Origin: an uncultured bacterium
GTDB lineage: Bacteria > Hydrogenedentota > Hydrogenedentia > Hydrogenedentales > JAEUWI01
Assembly: GCA_963977445.1 (NCBI GenBank)
Contig: CAXBPH010000015.1
Coordinates: 1-44,522 of the forward strand
Reading direction: 5' to 3'
Length of the DNA stretch: 44,522 bases
Shown: piece by piece, positions 1-8,720 of the stretch
Layout of the letters: each line of letters starts with the position of its first letter
Numbering within the stretch: the first letter of the stretch is position 1
Notes under the pieces: model-generated
The model's database searches: none
What the model was told of the DNA's origin: nothing
Seen by the model: the letters and a program-made list of their open reading frames with translations, nothing else
Made by a program: the position numbers and the translations under genes

Positions 1-50
1 AAACGACAAACCATAGACGTGCCGCGCGATCTGGTACTCCAGTTCGTGCG
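1..50 (+). repeat. REP-like hairpin, family A copy 1: CGTGC-CGCGCGA-t-CTGG-tact-CCAG-t-TCGTGCG (18-50)
   Basis: Positions 1-40 match 44482-44521 at 38/40. Positions 23-50 fold into a hairpin with one G-T pair and one T-T mismatch. Confidence 0.75.
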
Positions 51-174
51 AAGGGGCTGGGGGACGTCATTGGAGTCTGTGTAGTTGTGGAAAGTCTTCA
101 ATTGGTCATTGGAAATAGCGCATTGTGCTTGGCCTTGGCCCTGATGTAGATACGTAGTCGTATCTCCCAATCCG

Positions 175-233
175 CGCACGAATCCTCCTTCGGCGCATCT
201 TCGACCGGAAATACCGGATCGCGCGGCACGATT
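175..233 (-). repeat. REP-like hairpin, family A copy 2, inverted relative to copy 1 (doublet spanning 18-230)
   Basis: The reverse complement reads CGTGCCGCGCGATCC...GGATTCGTGCG. Positions 212-230 match the reverse complement of 18-36 at 18/19. Confidence 0.7.
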
Positions 234-300
234 GGTGAATTCAGTTTGTTTTGGCGGAGTGAGTCTTTGTTGGTACCTTTTAATTGCCCATGAACCAAAC

Positions 301-343
301 AAAACAGGCCACACGGAGGCATGAACCTCGGTGTGGCCCGTTT
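301..343 (-). terminator. Probable intrinsic terminator of the FGE-sialidase gene
   Basis: GGCCACAC-GAGG...CCTC-GTGTGGCC stem, followed by T-rich sequence on the minus strand, about 60 nt past the stop at 401. Confidence 0.55.
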
Positions 344-400
344 ACGTTATTTCTTACATGCACCCTTGTGAAAGCGTGTAATTCGGTCGGGTACGCGAAT

Positions 401-2434
401 TTATTTCTTCATTTCGATCCAGGCGCGGTTGAAGGCGTAGTGCTGGCGGCTGCTAATGAGTTGAATCATCCCTTCGGGGGTCTGGCAGGCGCTCATATAG
501 CCTTTGGGCTCACCGTTGGTTGACGTCATTTCGAAGGGACGGCCATCCATGAACTCAATCGTCCGTCCCGAAGCATCGCTGATAAGGCGCTTGGTCGGCC
601 AGGTTGCGCCGTCGTCGTAGGAGAGGGCTGCGAAAAGACCGGTGCAGGCATTGGATTCGCCGTGGGCATCGGTCATTTCCATGGGGTCGTTGGCAAAACT
701 TACGATAAGGAGTGGTCCCGATTGCAGGCGGGTAAGGACCAGACGCTGACCGCTGCGAATCGGCGGAAAGGAGCTGGCGGAGACGGACCAGGATTTGCCC
801 CGGTCGCTGGATATACTTTGAGGCATATAGAGAACGCCATCGTTGCCGGAAACGTCGTCGCCACGTCCGAATCCGAAGAGTCGCCCGTCGGTCAGCTGGG
901 TCACGCCGGCATGGATACCCGCGAGCTTTCCACCGGCGTCGTTCCAGGTCTCACCCTGGTCGGTGCTCAGGTGAATCGACGTGCCACCATGACCCTGGGA
1001 GCGGGCATCACAGGGCAGCAGCCAGGTGCCGTCGGCCATGGGGAAAACGGACTCCACGGGCAGGTGGCGGGTGCCATGTTCGGGCATGATGATTCGGGCT
1101 TCGCTCCATGTGGCGCCACTGTCTGAGGACATTATGGTCACCACGGCCAGGTTCCCCCACGTCGCCGCAGTAGAGAGCCCCACGTACACATGAATGTTAC
1201 CTTCCCCATCGTTCCAGGCGGCGGGTCCGTGGTCATTGCGGTCGGGCACGTCCCAGAAGGGCGCGGCATCGTCCCATTCGGTGGCACCATATCGAAGGCG
1301 TGCTGCCGCCAGGCCCAGTTCGCGACTCTGCTCAGTCACCGTGGAATACCAGATGGCGAGGAGGTCACCGTTGGGGCACTCCACCAGGGCCGGGTCGTGG
1401 TTGTGACGCGAATAGAGGGGTCCTTGTGAATTTTCCGGAATCTTCACATAGGGTATGGGCCCCTCAAAGCGGGGCGAGGCGCTTGCGTTCGCAGCGGCAT
1501 AATTGGGCGCGGTCTGTTGGACGTCTTGTTGGTGTCGGGGAAGTGGTGGCAATGGCAGCGGTGTGGATTGGGGTTGGGGTGCCATGACGACACGAAAACC
1601 GATGAGCCAGTTGCGATCCTGTGGGACAGTGGCGCTGCGGTTTGCCGTGCGGAGGTAATAGGGCACGGTGCCATGGCTGCCGCCGCGGGTGACACGATAG
1701 CGACCACCCACCCGCCCCACCGGATCGGTCTGTGGGCCCGTTTCATAGGGGCCATACCAGTCCTGGCACCATTCCTCCACGTTGCCATGCATATCATAGA
1801 GCCCCAAGGGATTTGCGGGAGTCTGGGCCACTACGAGGGATACGATTTGGTCATCGTAGTCCATGGGGTAGTTTTCGACGCGAAAGGGGTCGGGGTACCA
1901 GCTTTTAGTCTGGTTTTTGTGGTAGCTTTCCGGGAGTTCATCGCCCGTGTAGAAAATGGATTCGGTGCCCGCGCGACAGGCGAATTCCCACTCGGCTTCG
2001 GTGGGCAGTCGATAGGCTTGGCCCTCCTTTTCGCTCAGCCAATCACAATAGGCCTGGGCTTCCTCCCAGGACACGAAAATAACCGCTTCCTCATCTTTCC
2101 GGGAGAAACCCAGCTTGCCGCGCAAGGCTCGGTGGTCCGGGTCGAATTGCTCGAATTGGGCATTGGTCACTTCGGTTGCGCCCATATAGAACGGCTGGCT
2201 GATGGTCACCTCGTGGCGCGGGTGTTCATCGAAATCGCCGTTAATGCGGTTTTCCTGATTGCCCGTCAGTGATTCGGGCAGGGGCGTGGTCTCGCCACCC
2301 ATGGTGAAGGCACCTGCCTCGATCCGCACCAGGGTCATGCCCGTGGCATTGGTGTGGGTGGATGTATCCGGCAGTTGCGACAAGGCAAGACCGGGAACAC
2401 AAAGGGCAAAGGTAAAAATCATCCGAAACAACAT
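401..2434 (-). CDS. Exported FGE/SUMF1-domain protein fused to a BNR/Asp-box (sialidase-like) beta-propeller
   Basis: FGE motifs include TEVTNAQF, VSWEEAQAYC, RLPTEAEWEFACRAG, NPLGLYDMHGNVEEWC and IGFR. Four Asp boxes follow (SSDSGATW, STDQGETW, SSDRGKSW, SYDDGATW). Start placed at ATG 2434, which has a GGAG RBS and a signal peptide. Confidence 0.85.
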   Translation of the reverse strand: MLFRMIFTFALCVPGLALSQLPDTSTHTNATGMTLVRIEAGAFTMGGETTPLPESLTGNQENRINGDFDEHPRHEVTISQPFYMGATEVTNAQFEQFDPDHRALRGKLGFSRKDEEAVIFVSWEEAQAYCDWLSEKEGQAYRLPTEAEWEFACRAGTESIFYTGDELPESYHKNQTKSWYPDPFRVENYPMDYDDQIVSLVVAQTPANPLGLYDMHGNVEEWCQDWYGPYETGPQTDPVGRVGGRYRVTRGGSHGTVPYYLRTANRSATVPQDRNWLIGFRVVMAPQPQSTPLPLPPLPRHQQDVQQTAPNYAAANASASPRFEGPIPYVKIPENSQGPLYSRHNHDPALVECPNGDLLAIWYSTVTEQSRELGLAAARLRYGATEWDDAAPFWDVPDRNDHGPAAWNDGEGNIHVYVGLSTAATWGNLAVVTIMSSDSGATWSEARIIMPEHGTRHLPVESVFPMADGTWLLPCDARSQGHGGTSIHLSTDQGETWNDAGGKLAGIHAGVTQLTDGRLFGFGRGDDVSGNDGVLYMPQSISSDRGKSWSVSASSFPPIRSGQRLVLTRLQSGPLLIVSFANDPMEMTDAHGESNACTGLFAALSYDDGATWPTKRLISDASGRTIEFMDGRPFEMTSTNGEPKGYMSACQTPEGMIQLISSRQHYAFNRAWIEMKK

Positions 2435-2595
2435 GGGATAGGTCTCCAAAGGTACAGGGAAGCTATGATAGTAACGATGAAACCCGTTTGGATCAAAACG
2501 TGCCTTGGGAATCCCGTTCCCATTTATGGGCCTCGCGCAAGCGGGGGGCATCCATGCTAGAATCGACAACATTCGCCAACCTGGAGCACTTATCC

Positions 2596-3759
2596 ATGCG
2601 TATCTCGCTGCCTATCTTCGCTGCCCTCATGACGGGCCTTTCGTGTATCTCCTTGGCCGAAGAGGCCACACGTGCCCACGTGAACCCGACCCTGGAAGCC
2701 CGGGACGACCACTTTATGGCGCGACAGGCGGCCGTCTTTCTCGACCGGGTCCGCACCATCTTGAAAGCAAATCCGCCTACCCCGAAACCGCCGTTGGAAC
2801 GGCAATTGGCCTTCAGCCTGCTCGATGCCGTGGTCCACGAGCCCTATGCACCCAATCGACCCGAGCTTATTGCCTTCCACCACGAGCGTATCGAGAACGC
2901 TATCACGGAAATCGAAAACACCACGGTGCCCGAAGGTGCGCGGATCTGGCAACTCTACAACCACGGCTACGTTGTGCGCACAAAGAGCGTTACCCTCGGC
3001 TTTGACCTGTTTCGGGGGCCAGCGCGCACGGTGGGACAAGATGGGAGCGGCGAGAAGGTGGGTATCCCCACGCCCGGCTTCCCCATTGCCGACGAACTGG
3101 CGACGCGGCTGGCCAACCAGTGCGATGTCTTGTTCATCAGCCATTGGCACTATGACCATGCCGATCCCTTCATCGCCCGGACCATGATGGACCAGAGTAA
3201 GCCCGTTGTGGCTACTTCCGATACGTTTTCCGCCGAAAAGCGGTATCCCGAATATGGCTTCGACCTGGCGCCCGTATACGAGCGCCTGAACCGCATGGAG
3301 CGAAAGGTGGGTGTGGTACAGCAACTGCCCATCCAGAACGGTGCCGTCACACTGGACGTCATTGTCTACCCCGGCCACCAGGGCGGCCATTTGTGTAATA
3401 ACGTGGCGGTTACCACCCCGGAAGGTCTCACCTTTGTTCACAACGGCGATCAGTACAACGACCCCACCAACCCTGACCATCGGGACTTCGAATGGATCGA
3501 TCACGTGAAAGAGCAGGTGGATGTGGACGTGGTCATGACGAATTGCTGGATGGACGACCCCCTGCGCTACGTAGAGGGTACGGCCCCGAAACTTACCATC
3601 CTCGGCCATATGATTGAGATGGGCCATCAGGCCTGGGACCGCATGCCCTACTGGGGCGATAGCGTTTTCATCGAGAGCAGCTACGACGCCCTCCTCGCCT
3701 CGGAGCACCCCGTGCTTATTATGGCCTGGGGCGAATCCTACCTGTACACAAAGCCTTAG
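2596..3759 (+). CDS. Exported MBL-fold metallo-hydrolase (UlaG-like)
   Basis: SHWHYDH (HxHxDH) motif with later H, HNGD and GH ligands. ATG 2596 follows GGAG and begins a signal peptide. Confidence 0.8.
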   Translation: MRISLPIFAALMTGLSCISLAEEATRAHVNPTLEARDDHFMARQAAVFLDRVRTILKANPPTPKPPLERQLAFSLLDAVVHEPYAPNRPELIAFHHERIENAITEIENTTVPEGARIWQLYNHGYVVRTKSVTLGFDLFRGPARTVGQDGSGEKVGIPTPGFPIADELATRLANQCDVLFISHWHYDHADPFIARTMMDQSKPVVATSDTFSAEKRYPEYGFDLAPVYERLNRMERKVGVVQQLPIQNGAVTLDVIVYPGHQGGHLCNNVAVTTPEGLTFVHNGDQYNDPTNPDHRDFEWIDHVKEQVDVDVVMTNCWMDDPLRYVEGTAPKLTILGHMIEMGHQAWDRMPYWGDSVFIESSYDALLASEHPVLIMAWGESYLYTKP

Positions 3760-3797
3760 AAGACGTGCAAAGCATTTATCGACTTCTCCCTCATAGG

Positions 3798-3826
3798 TTG
3801 ACTTATCCCCTCCTGGGGGATAGGAT
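3798..3826 (+). promoter_or_regulatory. Sigma70 promoter (TTGACT-17 nt-TAGGAT) containing a CsoR/RcnR-family operator palindrome, TATCCCC-tcctg-GGGGATA (3804-3822)
   Basis: C-tract/G-tract inverted repeat of the type bound by InrS/NcrB/RcnR-family repressors. It lies between -35 and -10, directly upstream of such a repressor gene. Confidence 0.75.
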
Positions 3827-3832
3827 ATGACC

Positions 3833-4117
3833 ATGAGCCACGACCACAAACATAAGCACCCCCACCACCCCGAGATCGTAAATCGCCTTCGGCGCGCCAA
3901 TGGCCATTTGGTCAAGGTAATCCAGATGATCGAGGAAGAACAGCCCTGCCTCAAGGTAGCGCAGCAACTCCACGCCGTCTCCCACGCCATTGAGAATGCG
4001 AAGCGGGCCTTCGTGCAACAGCACATTGAAGGATGTCTCGATGAGAGCCTGTTCGATTCCCGTGAGAACCGGAAAAAGCACCTGGAAGAATTCCAGGAGA
4101 TAACCAAGTACCTCTAA
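3833..4117 (+). CDS. Metal-sensing repressor, CsoR/RcnR family (NreA/NcrB/InrS-like) with His-rich N-terminus
   Basis: Pattern IVNRLRRANGHL...PCLKVAQQLHAV...QQHIEGCL. Start is 3833 (preferred) or 3827. Confidence 0.88.
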   Translation: MSHDHKHKHPHHPEIVNRLRRANGHLVKVIQMIEEEQPCLKVAQQLHAVSHAIENAKRAFVQQHIEGCLDESLFDSRENRKKHLEEFQEITKYL

Positions 4118-4130
4118 GGAGTCTTTTCCA

Positions 4131-5372
4131 ATGAAAAAGAAAACGGTGCCGTTACTTCTTGTCGCTGTAGCCTTCCAATGCGCCCCGGCATTCGGACATG
4201 CCATGTCGGAAGCCGACCAGATTCGCGCTCAGGGAGGCGGAATTCTGGAATTCCTCCGCCAGGGAGCCGTGCACATGCTCACGGGATATGACCACCTGCT
4301 ATTCCTCTTCGGAGTCCTGTTTTTTCTGAGTAAATTCAAGGACATCGTGAAGTTTGTAACGGCGTTCACATTGGGGCACTGTATCACCCTTATTGGTGCC
4401 ACCTTCCTGGGCATTCAGGCCAATTATTACCTGGTAGACGCCGTCATTGCGCTTACGGTCTGTTACAAGGGCTTTGATAATATTGGCGGCTTTAAGAAGT
4501 ATTTCAACATGGAATCGCCTAATCTTATCGCCATGGTATTTATCTTCGGCTTGATACACGGCTTTGGACTGTCCACCCGTCTCCAGCAGTTGACCATCGG
4601 CACCGGCCTGGACTTGCTGGGTAAGATACTCGCCTTCAACGTGGGTGTGGAAGTTGGTCAGGTCGTGGCGCTTGTCGTCATGTTGAGTCTGTTGGCCGCG
4701 TGGCGTCATACCGCATCCTTTCAGCGCTTCAGCATGGCGGCCAATACGGGCCTCATCATCGTTGGTGGCCTGCTGGTGCTCATGCAGTTGCATGGCTATG
4801 AACACCAGAATGACCCCATGGCCGTCGGCAACCTCGAGAAACATCTCGACGCCCACGAAGACCTGGGCATGAGCCAGGCCGGCACGGTTCCCGCCGGATT
4901 CCACGTGGATTCGCCGGGCGGTGCCCCCCATGCCGACCATGGTGCATCGACAACAACGGAGCATGAAGACCACGGTCCGGCACAACCTTATGACGCTGTA
5001 ATCGACCGGATATTCGAAACGCGGAAGGCCTACAAGTCGGCGAAGAGTGATGCCGAGGTACTCGAAGCGCACCACCCCGTTGCTGAAATACACACCGACC
5101 TGCTAAGCCTTCGCAGTATGGTGACCGACTACAAGGTGGACCACGCCCTCTTTGACCTTTGGTTGGATGAGGGTGCGGCTGCCGCGAAGGCCATTGATGC
5201 CGAGGCCCACGCAGGCAACGCCGAGAAGACGCGGGAGGCCATCGCCCGCTTCGACAAAGCGGTCCTGGCCATTGAGGACCTCGTTCATCATCCGAAGGCA
5301 CCCGGCACTTCGACCGACCTGCCTCCGGGCTACCATGTGGACGAAGACGGCGCCAAGCCCCACAAACACTGA
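4131..5372 (+). CDS. HupE/UreJ-family membrane protein with about 190 aa His-rich C-terminal extension
   Basis: Signal peptide ending AFG-H. Family motifs GAVHMLTGYDHLLFL, VTAFTLGHCITL, FGLIHGFG and FNVGVEVGQ. AAGGAG RBS. Confidence 0.85.
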   Translation: MKKKTVPLLLVAVAFQCAPAFGHAMSEADQIRAQGGGILEFLRQGAVHMLTGYDHLLFLFGVLFFLSKFKDIVKFVTAFTLGHCITLIGATFLGIQANYYLVDAVIALTVCYKGFDNIGGFKKYFNMESPNLIAMVFIFGLIHGFGLSTRLQQLTIGTGLDLLGKILAFNVGVEVGQVVALVVMLSLLAAWRHTASFQRFSMAANTGLIIVGGLLVLMQLHGYEHQNDPMAVGNLEKHLDAHEDLGMSQAGTVPAGFHVDSPGGAPHADHGASTTTEHEDHGPAQPYDAVIDRIFETRKAYKSAKSDAEVLEAHHPVAEIHTDLLSLRSMVTDYKVDHALFDLWLDEGAAAAKAIDAEAHAGNAEKTREAIARFDKAVLAIEDLVHHPKAPGTSTDLPPGYHVDEDGAKPHKH

Positions 5373-5409
5373 ATGGTACAAAGACGCTATTACGCTGCGT
5401 GCAACAACG

Positions 5410-5444
5410 CCCGGCGGTCCACCAGGGCCGCCGGGATTTTTGTT
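5410..5444 (+). terminator. Intrinsic terminator of the repressor-HupE operon
   Basis: CCCGGCGGTCC-acca-GGGCCGCCGGG followed by ATTTTTGTT. Confidence 0.8.
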
Positions 5445-5590
5445 GGGATGATACTTTTATCGGGGGATGATTCTATTACTCTCCAGGCGTATTTATGGCG
5501 AAAAGGTACGAACTGCCGGGGAAAGGAACGCCGTACGTCACATCCCCTGAACAACATCACGTGCCCTGTGGAATTTGGCGTGGGCTTTGT

Positions 5591-5801
5591 GTCGACCAGG
5601 AATGGTCAACCCCCTGTTGGACATGTCCAACTCTCTCCAGGCCCATCGGTACAGTCACCCCCGCTGCAGGCGTTGTTCCACTGACGTGTTGATAGGTTGC
5701 ACGGGGGATACTGTCCCGGCGGTGCACGGTGGGGACAGTTTCCGACGGGCAAGTGAACTCAAACACGGCAAAGACACGTAGAGCCCGTTGGTAACTGTAC
5801 C
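5591..5801. repeat. Cluster of palindromes and nested inverted repeats in a convergent intergenic gap
   Basis: Perfect 16-bp palindrome at 5616-5631. GGTACAGTCACC (5648-5659) pairs with GGTAACTGTACC (5790-5801). GGATACTGTCCC (5706-5717) pairs with GGGACAGTTTCC (5732-5743). Confidence 0.55.
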
Positions 5802-5823
5802 CAAAAGTTCCACAGCCCGAATT

Positions 5824-7095
5824 TTAGTCCCGCACGGTGATCTTTTTCATCTCTTCCTCCGAATAGCGACTTTCTGCGGGGGGGCCGGCTTTCCAGGATT
5901 GTTCGAGTGCGCTGGGTTTGGTCGGGCGCAGGGGAATTACGAAGGTTTCATTTCCTTCGGGGTCGGTCTCGATACGTCCTCCAGCGCGAGCGAGTGCGGT
6001 GCGGGCGAGCCGTTCCGTCGCTTGGATGAGGGCGGGAAAAGTGTAGGCAGTGTGTTTGAATTCCGTGTTCAGGTCCAGCGCGATGGTAAATTTATCGGCC
6101 AGTTTTTTGCGCCCCAGCGTGGTGGCAAGTATGCCCGCTGCGCTGGCCGGATTGCAGTCGGAGTCCTGGCCACAACGGGTCGCGATGATAATGGTTTTGT
6201 CCATGTCCCCTTCGCCATAAAGAAGTCCAATAACGACATAGGCCCCATTAAACTTGGCGTCTATATTTCCCTTTTCACTGTATTTGCAGACGAATTTTCT
6301 ACCTTCCGGGTTTTCGTGGTATTTCTCCTGCAAACGATGCCACGTGGCTTGCCAGTCGTCTGGATTGGCCTTGCACCAGGCGACCGTGTCACGGATGCAC
6401 TCGGCGTATTGACTCTCTGCGGGAATCGCGCGCAGCCCCGCCTCGACGAGTTTGAAACGGTCCGTCTCAAAAAAGGCCTCGGCATACATGGCGCTCATGA
6501 ATTGCCCCCCGTAGACACCGTCGCCGTAATTCATGATATGGCCAAATTTGTCACCGAGGGCGATGGCGATATTGGGCATGCCGGGTGCAATTAATCCTGC
6601 GAAATCAGCTTCGATTTGATAGTCGATATCGTCGGCGTGTTTATTGAAGGCGGGATGGCCAGAATCGGGCGGTGCGATGCCCTTTCGCAATAGCTTCCGC
6701 CCTTCTCCGTTTGCGTGCCACAAGGTGTATTCGCTATTGGCAAAATCTATGCCGGCCTGGCGGTCAGATACGTCGAAGCCATAATCTTCCAGGGTCTTCA
6801 TGAAGGTCATCTCGACATACATGTCATCCTGGTCAAATTGATTGATGGTTTCGGGGGTCCATACCGGCATTTTGTCCTCGGGAATTATTTCGCTGAGCCA
6901 TTCGAATTCCGTAGGAAATCCCCAGCCGACGCCCGCCATCTGGCCGATCCAGCCACCGATCATCTTGTCATGATATTCGGCGACCGTAATCCGGCGTGTT
7001 TCTTCGGCAGTGGCCTTTGGTATGAGGCATATCAGGAGAGCGGCCGATATAGCGAAGCCTCTCCACGGCCAATTCTTACGCGTACATGGGTTCAT
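5824..7095 (-). CDS. ADP-ribosylglycohydrolase-family protein with signal peptide
   Basis: Motifs GGWIGQMAGVGWGFPTE, DQDDMYVE, DDIDYQIEADFAGLIAPG and GQDSDCN. GAGGAG RBS precedes ATG 7095; hydrophobic leader ends ATA-EE. Confidence 0.82.
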   Translation of the reverse strand: MNPCTRKNWPWRGFAISAALLICLIPKATAEETRRITVAEYHDKMIGGWIGQMAGVGWGFPTEFEWLSEIIPEDKMPVWTPETINQFDQDDMYVEMTFMKTLEDYGFDVSDRQAGIDFANSEYTLWHANGEGRKLLRKGIAPPDSGHPAFNKHADDIDYQIEADFAGLIAPGMPNIAIALGDKFGHIMNYGDGVYGGQFMSAMYAEAFFETDRFKLVEAGLRAIPAESQYAECIRDTVAWCKANPDDWQATWHRLQEKYHENPEGRKFVCKYSEKGNIDAKFNGAYVVIGLLYGEGDMDKTIIIATRCGQDSDCNPASAAGILATTLGRKKLADKFTIALDLNTEFKHTAYTFPALIQATERLARTALARAGGRIETDPEGNETFVIPLRPTKPSALEQSWKAGPPAESRYSEEEMKKITVRD

Positions 7096-7340
7096 TTCTA
7101 TGCGCTCCTCGGTTGTGTTTACAGGATACCCCACGCCCTTGTGTAGACGAAAAGAAGATCGGCGGGAGATTTCGCTCTTGTGGCGCTTTCAGACAGATAA
7201 CACCAGGCGGGCGTTGGTCGAAGTCGCGGCGGTTGAGCATTACTTATGGCCCTATATTGTCACGGGGATTGTTGATCTTGAAAACATGTCGTGGAGACCT
7301 GTATAGGACTGAAGGCTGGCTATAAGGTGTCTGATACACA

Positions 7341-7379
7341 GAACAGGCCCTGGCATCCCGTGGACGCCAGGGCCTGTTC
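7341..7379 (-). terminator. Strong hairpin, probable terminator of the DUF1559 gene
   Basis: 14-bp perfect stem GAACAGGCCCTGGC / GCCAGGGCCTGTTC, 18 nt after the stop codon. Confidence 0.65.
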
Positions 7380-7397
7380 GATCAGGAGGATGAGTTA

Positions 7398-8396
7398 TCA
7401 GCCACCTTCATTTACGAGGGAATCAAATGCCGCGAAATTACCCTGTACCGGCGCCGCGTCACCAGGATACTTGATGAATTCCACGTGACCATCGAGATAG
7501 AGCACATTGGAACCACCGGGAACGTGGTTAAAGTCCGAAGGCGTGGTGCTGATTCGGTCCCACATGACGAAGATCTCGGACTGGGCCCTGGAACTGGCGG
7601 CCGCGTTGTTGATGTCCGTGATCATGAAGCGTTCGATACCTTCACGGAGGTGAAGAACCGTGCTACCACCGGCGGTACCGTTGGGTGCGGGCACGCTCAC
7701 GTCGCCTTCCGTAATCGCATTGATACCACGAGCGTCTGCTTCCGTGCTCGGGGGGTAAAATCCGGAACCCGCTATACCAGCAATGATTCCTTCAAGCCAC
7801 GCCATTGCCTGGGCGGGACCATTACCCGTTGCTCCCAGGAGGGCATTGGTCACGGGTCCAACCGGTCCGATAGGATCATTGTCGTCTACCTGATCCCAGA
7901 TGTATCCGGTGTAGCCATAGCTCTGGTCGACCGCGTTCATGCAGGTACCGCCATGATTACAGCCTTTATTGTTGGCCGCCTGGGGAAAGGTGCCGTCATA
8001 GTCGGTGCGCCCGAAGAGATTGGTGCCATCACTAGCCGTCCAATTGTCGGAAGTCGCGCCGGGGTCGGAGGGGCACTGAAACACGTTGGCGTCCGTGAGG
8101 TACTCCGGATAAATCTGGGGCACGTAGGGGCCAAAATTCAGCTTAATGCTGGAATAGTCTGCGTTACCAGCGGGCGGCAGGACATCTTTGATGCCGACGT
8201 CGGGCAGCTTTTCGCCTTGGCTCTCGTTGGCATACATTTTCAATACGATACCGAGTTGCTTGAGATTGTTCTGGCAACTGGCACGGCGGGCGGCTTCACG
8301 GGCACGGGCGAGTGCCGGAAGCAGGATTGCTGCCAGGATGCCAATAATGGCAATCACGACGAGCAATTCGATGAGGGTAAATCCTTTTTTTGACAT
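7398..8396 (-). CDS. DUF1559 / prepilin-type N-terminal cleavage-methylation protein with C-terminal H-X9-DG motif
   Basis: Begins KKG^[42 protein letters not shown]; internal FQCPSD; ends with [18 protein letters not shown]. Confidence 0.92.
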   Translation of the reverse strand: MSKKGFTLIELLVVIAIIGILAAILLPALARAREAARRASCQNNLKQLGIVLKMYANESQGEKLPDVGIKDVLPPAGNADYSSIKLNFGPYVPQIYPEYLTDANVFQCPSDPGATSDNWTASDGTNLFGRTDYDGTFPQAANNKGCNHGGTCMNAVDQSYGYTGYIWDQVDDNDPIGPVGPVTNALLGATGNGPAQAMAWLEGIIAGIAGSGFYPPSTEADARGINAITEGDVSVPAPNGTAGGSTVLHLREGIERFMITDINNAAASSRAQSEIFVMWDRISTTPSDFNHVPGGSNVLYLDGHVEFIKYPGDAAPVQGNFAAFDSLVNEGG

Positions 8397-8473
8397 TAGA
8401 CTCTCTCCAGATAAAACGAATGAATTACTAAATTTGACGACGGCGTGGATTTGCGCCGTGCCTACACAGATAA

Positions 8474-8515
8474 TATTATCGTTAATAAGTTATCATGTAT
8501 TCTCTAAACTGTCAA
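8474..8515 (-). promoter_or_regulatory. Promoter of the DUF1559 gene (TTGACA-17 nt-TAACTT, extended TG) with LacI-type operator TATTATCGTTAATA (8474-8487) at the predicted start site
   Basis: TGTCAA at 8510-8515 on the plus strand; TGaTAACTT on the minus strand; near-perfect CG-centred palindrome. Confidence 0.65.
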
Positions 8516-8590
8516 GTACCCTATCCCTCTATTCAACGAGTTATATTGTCGTTTTATGGTATATTTGTTTACTAATTCTCTCCACGACCC

Positions 8591-8619
8591 TTGACAGCTC
8601 GCATTATTATCGATAATAT
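8591..8619 (+). promoter_or_regulatory. Promoter of the LacI gene (TTGACA-17 nt-TAATAT) overlapped by perfect palindrome TATTATCGATAATA (8605-8618)
   Basis: Consensus -35. The 14-bp CG-centred palindrome matches 8474-8487 at 13/14. Confidence 0.65.
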
Positions 8620-8720
8620 AGATACGTTCGGGCCAGATAAATTTTTCTTTAATACCCCCACATGCTATACCACTCAAATCCAAAAAGCCTTTGGATTTGT
8701 ACACGTACAGGGATTACATC

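Noticed and set aside
1570..1700. FGE/CLec domain end as a diversity-generating retroelement variable region
   Set aside because: I found no reverse transcriptase and no second, adenine-variant copy of this segment in the window.
2590..4107. 505-aa minus-strand ORF, and similar long antisense ORFs (7485-8393, 9871-10803, 12143-13888, 19696-20787, 26047-27015)
   Set aside because: Shadow frames of well-supported genes on the opposite strand, with no recognisable motifs.
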